From Phyllobates terribilis (taxonomy: Eukaryota), in assembly GCF_046119375.1 (NCBI RefSeq), contig NW_027362771.1, positions 178,436,001 to 178,500,000 of the forward strand: a DNA stretch of 64,000 bases, given 5' to 3'. Shown here piece by piece: positions 57,026-64,000 of this stretch. Every line of letters starts with the position of its first letter. The stretch's first letter is position 1. The notes under the pieces are model-generated. The model saw nothing but the letters and a program-made list of their open reading frames with translations. It was not told where the DNA came from and ran no database searches. The translations under genes were made by a program, and so were the position numbers.

Positions 57026-58010
57026 TGTAACGGATCTGGGAGGTGGAACCTCTGAGCTACTATACAAAGGGGAAGTCCTTGTAAGGAAGCGGGTGGCTCC
57101 CAGGGAAAGCAGGCAGGCAGTCACGTAAAGTGACAGGGACAGTCTCTGGGTAGAAGGGCAGGAGGTCACGGCAAGTGACGGGGACAGTCTCTTGACAGGC
57201 GGGGGGTCACGGCAAGTGACAGCAGGATAAGAGTCTCTAGACAGGCGGGAGGTCACGGCAAGTGACAGCAGGGTAAGAGTCTCTTGACAGGCAGGTGGTC
57301 ACGGCAAGTGACAGCAGGATAAGAGTCTCTGGACAGGCTGGTGGTCACAGCAAGTGACGGCTAAGCCTCCAGGTAGGCTAGCAGACGGGTAGCAGGTGAG
57401 CGCTCCCAGGTGAGCGGGTAAGAGTCTCTGGACAGGCTGGCAGGCAGGCAGGTAACAGGCTGGTATCAGGCAGGTATCTGGCAGGTGCTTCCTGGTCCGC
57501 GGGCGGACTGATCCATAGACAGACTGGCAGATACTGGTAGGCAGACTGTCGGACCGCAGGATTGCAAGCAGGTAGACAGGTATCAGGCAGGTATCTGGCA
57601 GGTACTTCCTGGTCCGCAGGCGGACTGATCCATAGACAGACTGGCAGATGCTGGTAGGCAGACTGTCGGACTGCAGGATTGCAAGCAGGTAGACAGCACT
57701 GGAAAACAAGCTGGCAACGGGACCTGAGGGCTGAAGCAGAGTTGAAAGGCTTTGCAACAACATTGCTCGGGCACCTCCATTTTGGAGGAGGTGCCTTATA
57801 TATGGTGAGATCCTCCGGCCATTGGCCGGGGACTCCTTAGGACGGCGCGCGCGGCCCCTTTAAGAGAGAGGGAGCGCGCGCGCCCTAAGCACAGTGGCCG
57901 GGAAGCAGCGCGCGCTGCCAGCAGAGCGGGAGGAGGACGCCGGGCACGGAGCGGAGAGGTGAGGGGAACGGCGTCCCTGCCTAGCAGGAGGCAGGGACGC
58001 CGACGCTACA
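57026..58010 (-). repeat. 3' LTR of Gypsy 3 (985 bp) with internal repeats of about 41 bp and 90 bp
   Basis: TGTAACGG...GACGCTACA; GGTCACGGCAAGTGAC repeats; sense TATATAA at 57796-57802. Confidence 0.93.
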
Positions 58011-61000
58011 GTACCCCCCCCCTTTAGGCCCCCCCTTTTTTAGGCCAAAGAGAAATTTATCAAGGATGAGAGGGGCATGGATGTTCTCCCGGGGCTCCCA
58101 CGTTCTCTCCTCAGGACAAAACCTCTTCCAATCCACTAGAAAAAAGGTCTTTCCTTTTACGCTTTTGGTGGCCAGAATGTTCTCTACCTCAAACTCGTTT
58201 TCAGCGGAACCCGGAGCAGGAAGCGTAGACTTGGAAAAAGAGTTAAGCACAACGGGTTTGAGTAGAGATACATGGAAGGAGTTAGGGATCCGCAAGTTGG
58301 CCGGGAGTTTCAATTTATAGGCCACCGGGTTGATTTGTTTGATAACTTCCAGTGGGCCGATGAACCGAGGCCCTAACTTGTAGGAAGGAATCTTGAGCCG
58401 AACATATTTGGACCAGAGCCAGACTTTATCTCCAGGACGGAATTGTGGTGGATCCAGACGTCTTTTGTCAGCCTGTTTTTTCATCCGCTCGGATGACTGA
58501 AGAAGTGCGGATCTAGTACTTTCCCAAATGGAGGAAAATTCGCTAACAAGAGATTCCGCAGCCGGATTGTCCACTGAGGTGGAGACGGGAAACGGGATCC
58601 GAGGATGCTGACCGTAGACTATAAAAAACGGGGATTTGGAGGAAGATTCGCTCTCGTGATTATTGTAGGAAAATTCGGCCCACGGTAAAAGATCCACCCA
58701 GTCGGAATGGTGAGCATTAACAAAGTGCCGGAGGTAACTGGTTAAAATTTGGTTGATCCGCTCTACTTGACCTTTGGACTGTGGGTGATAAGCAGAAGAG
58801 AAGTCCAAGGTGACCCCCAGCAATTTACACATGGCTCGCCAGAAGCGTGAGGTGAACTGAACTCCTCGATCGGATACGATGTGGAGAGGAAGACCATGAA
58901 GACGGAAAATATGATGGATAAAGTCTTTAGCCAACTCAGATGCAGACGGGAGACCCGGCAGGGGAATGAAGTGAGCCATCTTAGAAAAGCGGTCAGCAAC
59001 CACCCAAATGACCGTACAACCGGCAGAGACAGGGAGGTCCGTTATAAAGTCCATGGCTATATGCTGCCAAGGGGCAGCAGGTACAGGAAGAGGCAGGAGG
59101 CGGCCGGCTGGCAGGTGTCTAGGAACCTTGTTGCGGGTGCAGGACGCACAGGCTGAAACAAAGTCTATTATATCCTTGTGCAGGGTAGGCCACCAGTAAT
59201 GCCGGGTAATAAGCTGGAGGATCTTTTTCTGACCAGCATGGCCAGCTAGCTTAGACTAATGTCCCTAGTGTAGGACCTTCTCACGATCAGGTACTGTTAC
59301 GAACGTCTTACCAGGTGGAAGACGATCTAGATTCACAGGGGCCACCTGCATTACTTTGGCGGGGTCGATGATGTGCTTAGGCTCCTCCTCTAGATCAGAG
59401 ACCAAAAATAATCGGGACAAGGCATCAGCTTTGATGTTTTTGTCTGCCGGGCGAAAATGAAGAATGAAATCAAAGCGGGCGAAGGACAAGGACCACCGGG
59501 CTTGGCGCGGGTTAAGTCTCTGGGCACTCTGGAGGTAAGCCAAGTTCTTGTGATCCGTGTAAATTATTACCGGGTGAAGAGCCCCCTCGAGCAGGTAACG
59601 CCACTCCTCCAGTGCCAGCTTAATGGCTAATAATTCTCGGTCTCCTATAGAATAATTGCGCTCAGAAGAGGAGAAGAGTTTGGAGAAGAAGCCGCAGATT
59701 ACCATTCTTCCGGAAGACGACTTTTGGGTGAGTACCGCTCCGGCTCCGGAGGAGGAAGCGTCTACTTCTAGGAAGAATTGTTTGCTGCCGTCAGCACAGG
59801 GGCGGAGGAGAAAGCTTGTTTCAAGGAAAAGAAGGCCTCCTCTGCTTCGGGCGGCCATTCTTTGGGATTAGCGCCCTTACGGGTGAGCGCAGAGATAGGG
59901 GCAGTCCGGGAAGAGAAGTGCGGAATGAAGAGGCGGTAGTAGTTGGCGAAGCCCAGGAGCCGCTGAATAGCCTTCAACCCCTCCGGTCGGGGCCACTTCT
60001 GGATGGCAGACAGTTTCTCAGGATCCATTCGTAGGCCGGTCTGAGAGATTATGTAGCCCAGAAACGGAAGCGAGGTCTGCTCAAAGAGGCACTTCTCATA
60101 TTTTGCGTAGAGGTGGTTCTGCCTGAGCCTGAGCAGGACCTGACGAACGTCCCTCCGGTGTGTGGGAAGATCCGGAGAGAAGACCAAGATGTCGTCCAGG
60201 TACACCACCACGCAGGAGTAGAGAAGGTCACGGAAGATATCATTGACCAACTCTTGAAAGACGGCGGGAGCATTACAGAGACCGAAGGGCATTACGAGGT
60301 ATTCATAGTGGCCGTCCCGGGTGTTGAATGCCATCTTCCATTCATCCCCCTGACGGATACGGACCAGGTTATACGCCCCATGGAGATCCAGCTTGATGAA
60401 GATTCTAGCACCCCTCAGACGGTCAAATAATTCAGGAATGAGCGGAAGGGGGTATTTATTTTTCACTGTGATCTGGTTAAGGCCTCTATAGTCTATACAG
60501 GGACGGAGTGAGCCGTCTTTCTTTTTGACGAAGAAGAAGCCTGCTCCCGCCGGGGAGGTAGATTTCCGGATAAATCCCCGGGCCAGATTCTCCTCGATAT
60601 ATTCAGACATGGACCGGGTTTCAGCAGCGGACAAAGGGTAAATACGCCCACGGGGAGGAGTAGCGCCGGGTATCAGGTCGATTGGGCAATCGTATAGTCT
60701 ATGAGGGGGTAATGTCTCTGCTTCTCTTTTGTTAAAGACGTCCGCATAAGACCAATAGGGAACCGGTAGGCCGGGTAGATTGGCTCGGGTAGGAGAAGGA
60801 TGGGCAGGATGAACGGGAACTAAACAAGTCTTATGGCAGTCCTGCCCTCAGCGAAGGACTTCTCCGGTCTGCCAATCAAACACGGGTGCATGTCTCTGGA
60901 GCCAAGGTAGGCCTAGCAAGAGGGCGTGAGAGAGTCCAGGCAGAACATGGAAGAAGATGCTCTCAGAGTGCAGCATTCCCACCTGCAGAGTTATGGATTC

Positions 61001-61264
61001 GGTGATGAGTTGGATGGGATGCGGTAAGAGACCCCCATCCAGGGAGGCGACAGATAAGGGTACAGCCAGAGGTTTGGTGGGAATGCGGTATTTCTCTACC
61101 AGGGACTGAGAAATGAGATTTCCGGCAGCTCCAGAATCAAGTTGAGCAAGTTCAAAGTAACGGTTCTCCCCGCAGATGATAGAGACCGACAGCATCAGAG
61201 AAGGAGAGTATTTATTTTTGTCTAGGACGACCTCTCTGAGCGATCCTAGACACAGGCGTTTCCC
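57981..61264 (-). pseudogene. pol: Gypsy 3 Pol with chromodomain; about two nonsense codons and frameshifts
   Basis: QLDSGAAGNL (PR; TGA at 60848); LRPCIDYRGLN and YLDDILVFS (RT); EVDASSSGAGAVL and DALSR (RH); AMDFITDLP, YHPQSKGQVER and GPRFIGP (IN, GPY/F); EFEVENILA...FLVDWKRFCPEERTWEP (chromodomain). Confidence 0.95.
61219..61264 (-). promoter_or_regulatory. -1 programmed ribosomal frameshift signal
   Basis: G GGA AAC in the gag frame (61258-61264), 5-nt spacer, 9-bp stem TGTCTAGGA/TCCTAGACA. The pol ORF lies in the -1 frame. Confidence 0.8.
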
Positions 61265-62196
61265 GACCTCTCCGGGCAGGAACGGATCCGGTGCTCCTTA
61301 CTACCGCAGTAGAAACAGCTCCCCTCGGCACGGCGAGACTCTTGACGGGTTTTGACCATCTTGGTTTGGTCGACCTGCATGGGCTCTGGCGAGTGCGCCC
61401 GGGGAGTCACAGAGGAAGAGACGGGATTCAGAAAAGTAGGAGCAAGGCGTGGAAAGCTCCTCTCACGGGTGGCCTCTTTGGTGCGCTCCTGGAACCGGAT
61501 GTCAATCCGGGTGGCAAGTGTCACTAAATCATCGAGAGTGGTAGGAATGTCCCGACCAGCAAGTTTATCTTTAATCCGGCTGGACAGGCCCTCCCAGAAG
61601 ACGGAAACCAGTGCCTCATTATCCCAGGCAAGCTCGGAAGCAAGGGTACGGAACCGTATGGCATATTGGCCCACGGTGAGGCTCTCTTGACGGAGGCGTA
61701 GCAGAGATGAGGCGGATGAGGTCTTTCGTCCTGGTTCGTCGAAGACTTTCCGGAAGGCCGTGAGAAAGGCTGGCAGGTTGGATACCAGGGGGTCTCCTCT
61801 CTCCCATAGAGGATTTAGCCAAGCCAGTGCCTCCCCAGTGAGATGGGACATGATGAAGGCCACCTTGGCTCGGTCAGTGGTGAACTGGTATGCCAAAAGT
61901 TCGAAGTGCAGGGTGCACTGGTTAATGAAGCCCCGTGCCTGACCGGGATTTCCACTAAAACGAGGCGGGGCAGAAAGGCGGGGACCGGGAAGGGATGCCA
62001 TGGTATTGGTGGGCAGCGACGCTGCCGGGGTAGGAGTCGTGCGACTGGAAGCCGATCCCGAAGAGGTAGTCAGTGTGTCCAAGCAGGAGTTAACACTACG
62101 CAGGTGGCTCAGGATGGACTCCTGTAGGGACCTCTGACGGGACAGTTCATGGCATAGGTCCGAGAGCGAGGGAGTTTGGGTGCCACCGGGTTCCAT
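61246..62196 (-). CDS. gag: Gypsy 3 Gag, intact (Ty3/sushi capsid with CCHC knuckle)
   Basis: PPRFSGNPGQARGFINQC...KVAFIMSHLTGEALAW...LRQESLTVGQYAIRF...EPMQVD...CFYCGSKEHRIRSC. Confidence 0.93.
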   Translation of the reverse strand: MEPGGTQTPSLSDLCHELSRQRSLQESILSHLRSVNSCLDTLTTSSGSASSRTTPTPAASLPTNTMASLPGPRLSAPPRFSGNPGQARGFINQCTLHFELLAYQFTTDRAKVAFIMSHLTGEALAWLNPLWERGDPLVSNLPAFLTAFRKVFDEPGRKTSSASSLLRLRQESLTVGQYAIRFRTLASELAWDNEALVSVFWEGLSSRIKDKLAGRDIPTTLDDLVTLATRIDIRFQERTKEATRERSFPRLAPTFLNPVSSSVTPRAHSPEPMQVDQTKMVKTRQESRRAEGSCFYCGSKEHRIRSCPERSGNACV

Positions 62197-62197
62197 G

Positions 62198-62207
62198 GCC
62201 CGAGCAA
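62198..62207 (-). promoter_or_regulatory. Self-priming type PBS
   Basis: Sense TTGCTCGGGC lies 2 nt from the LTR and is complementary to GCCCGAGCAA at 57763-57772 (sense), 30 nt downstream of the LTR TATA box. Confidence 0.78.
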
Positions 62208-62209
62208 AC

Positions 62210-62637
62210 TGTAACGGATCTGGGAGGTGGAACCTCTGAGCTACTATACAAAGGGGCAGTCCTTGTAAGGAAGCGGGTGGCTCCCAGGGAAAGCAGGCAG
62301 GCAGTCACGTCAAGTGACAGGGACAGTCTCTGGGTAGAAGGGCAGGAGGTCACGGCAAGTGACGGGGACAGTCTCTTGACAGGCGGGGGGTCACGGCAAG
62401 TGACAGCAGGATAAGAGTCTCTAGACAGACGGGAGGTCACGGCAAGTGACAGCAGGGTAAGAGTCTCTCGACAGGCTGGTGGTCATGGCAAGTGACGGCT
62501 AAGCCTCCAGGTAGGCTAGCTGGCGGGTAGCAGGTGAGCGCTCCCAGGTGAGCGGGTAAGAGTCTCTGGACAGGCTGGCAGGCAGGCAGGTATCTGGCAG
62601 GTGCTTCCTGGTCCGCGGGCGGACTGATCCATAGACA
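62210..62637 (-). repeat. Truncated 5' LTR of Gypsy 3 (only the U5-side 428 bp remain)
   Basis: Matches 57026 to about 57520 with one fewer 41-bp unit and a 22-bp deletion. The match ends at CCATAGACA (62637). Confidence 0.9.
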
Positions 62638-63595
62638 CGCTATTAAGGAGAATGAATATTCACTACTCCCCACGCCCATAGTCCGGGCATGGGGTACAAT
62701 GAATCTTCCGGCAGCTGATCTCATCGTGTGGGGGTGCATGGCAGTGACATCATGCGCTGCTCACATGCTGAGATCAGCTGCTGGCACCAGAACAGGACGT
62801 AGCGCCGGAGCAGAGGGAAGGTGAGTAGAATCCTTTATTTTTTTTATGTGTGCAACATGATGGAGATGAGGGGCAATGCATACCAGGATGGGGGTGCCAT
62901 GCATAACAGGATGGGGGTGCCATGCATACCAGGATGGGAATGAGGGTGCCATGCATACCAGGATGGGGATGCCATGCATGCCAGAATGGGGATAGGGGTG
63001 CCATGCATACCAGGACCAAGATGGGGGTGCCATGCACACCAGGATGGGCATAGTGCCATGCATACCAGGATGGGAATGGTGCCATGCATACCAGGATGTT
63101 ATGATGATTCCATGCATATCAGGATGGGGATGGGGATGGGGGTGCAATGCATACCTGGATGGGGCTGAGGGTGCCATTCATACCAGGATGGGGCTGAGGG
63201 TGCCATGCATACCAGGATGGGGATGGGGGCACCATGCATACCAGGATGGGGATGGGGGTGCAATGCATACCAGGATGGGACTGGGAGTGCCATACATACC
63301 AGGATGGGGTTGGGGTGCCATGCATACCAGGATGGGGATGGGGGTGCCATGCATACCAGGATGGGGGACCATATATACCAGAATGCGGATGGGGGGCCAC
63401 GTATAACAGGAAGGGGGGCCATATATACCAGGATGGGGGATATTAGTACAGAATTGGGAAACATTACCCCTTTAATAATGTCAGCAGCAGACCCCCTCCC
63501 CCATAACAGTGCATAATGACCACATTTTTTGCTTCAATTTTTTTCTATTTTCCTCCTCTAAAACCTAGGTGCATCTTATGGTCCAAAAAATACTG
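62638..63595. mobile_element. Partial Tc2/pogo-like MITE with a GCATACCAGGATGGGG minisatellite (62865-63435)
   Basis: Right end AAACCTAGGTGCATCTTATGGTCCAAAAAATACTG (reverse complement CAGTATTTTTTGGACCATAAGATGCAC). About 20 variable 23-35 bp units. Confidence 0.7.
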
Positions 63596-64000
63596 TGTAT
63601 GTCTTTTAGCTGTTAAATACATTTGGCAGTTTTTTGTGCATCATTTAATTCCTTGTGGTTGAAGAACAGTTTTATTTTACTGCCAAGAACACTATGTGAC
63701 ATATGCAAGAAGATAACATTGGCATTCTAAGTAAGTGTCTGCAGAAAATGACTGGGGGGTAATTATCTTGAAAGTGAAACTTCCAGTATATATTTATCCA
63801 TTATTTTACTGTGCACTGAACAACTCTGTGCAACATGGTCCGTGTATGAACCAAGATGAACGGACTGGCAGCACGTCTCCAGACCCAAACATGACATCAT
63901 CATAGGAATATATGAGGCTGTCAAATTCAGGATAGTAGGCCCGTAGCCAGTTCGTTCATATGCAAACCATGTTACATAGATGTCTGAATGAGGCTTAAGA

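Larger units (their letters stand above)
57026..62637 (-). mobile_element. Gypsy 3: Tf1/sushi-group chromovirus; 5' LTR truncated
   Basis: 3' LTR 57026-58010, PPT 58011-58037 (sense GGGGGGGCCTAAAGGGGGGGGGTAC), gag-PR-RT-RH-IN-chromodomain, 5' LTR remnant 62210-62637. Confidence 0.95.

Noticed and set aside
57002-57780. ORFs of 84-154 aa in the Gypsy 3 LTR (also 62147-62739)
   Set aside because: They arise from tandem 41-bp and 90-bp LTR repeats. Frames differ between the two LTR copies.

Overview
Repeat-saturated vertebrate DNA with no complete host gene. The transposon families (TAGTGTTGAGC/TAGTGATGAGC-ended hATs, TTAA T2-type MITEs, TRT-type Tc1, sushi-type chromovirus) suggest a frog genome; this is inference. 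Contents: three large hAT transposons (1-6210, 8805-17796, 32943-39099), two of them with internal 130-131 bp and 150 bp tandem arrays. Three Gypsy LTR retroelements from different lineages (6211-8726 partial; 48949-55752 full length with TSD; 57026-62637 chromodomain-bearing with a truncated 5' LTR), plus three solo LTRs. Five near-full-length Tc1-superfamily elements: two DD37E/TRT, one DD38E/Intruder-type with an open frame, one DD34E and one decayed. Also an L1 fragment, a tRNA-derived SINE, a Helitron-like insertion, Penelope-type termini and many MITEs. Most notable: (1) an antisense 18S rRNA fragment (helix 18 region) inside a hAT transposon whose transposase frame is open; (2) a Tf1/sushi self-priming signature; (3) -1 frameshift signals in all three Gypsy elements; (4) a second PBS core conserved inside two diverged LTRs; (5) hammerhead-ribozyme-like relics; (6) satellite arrays homogenising inside hAT elements; (7) a minisatellite cassette shared by elements with unrelated termini; (8) one candidate signal-peptide exon of a host gene. 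All alignments and counts were done by eye; no database searches were run.
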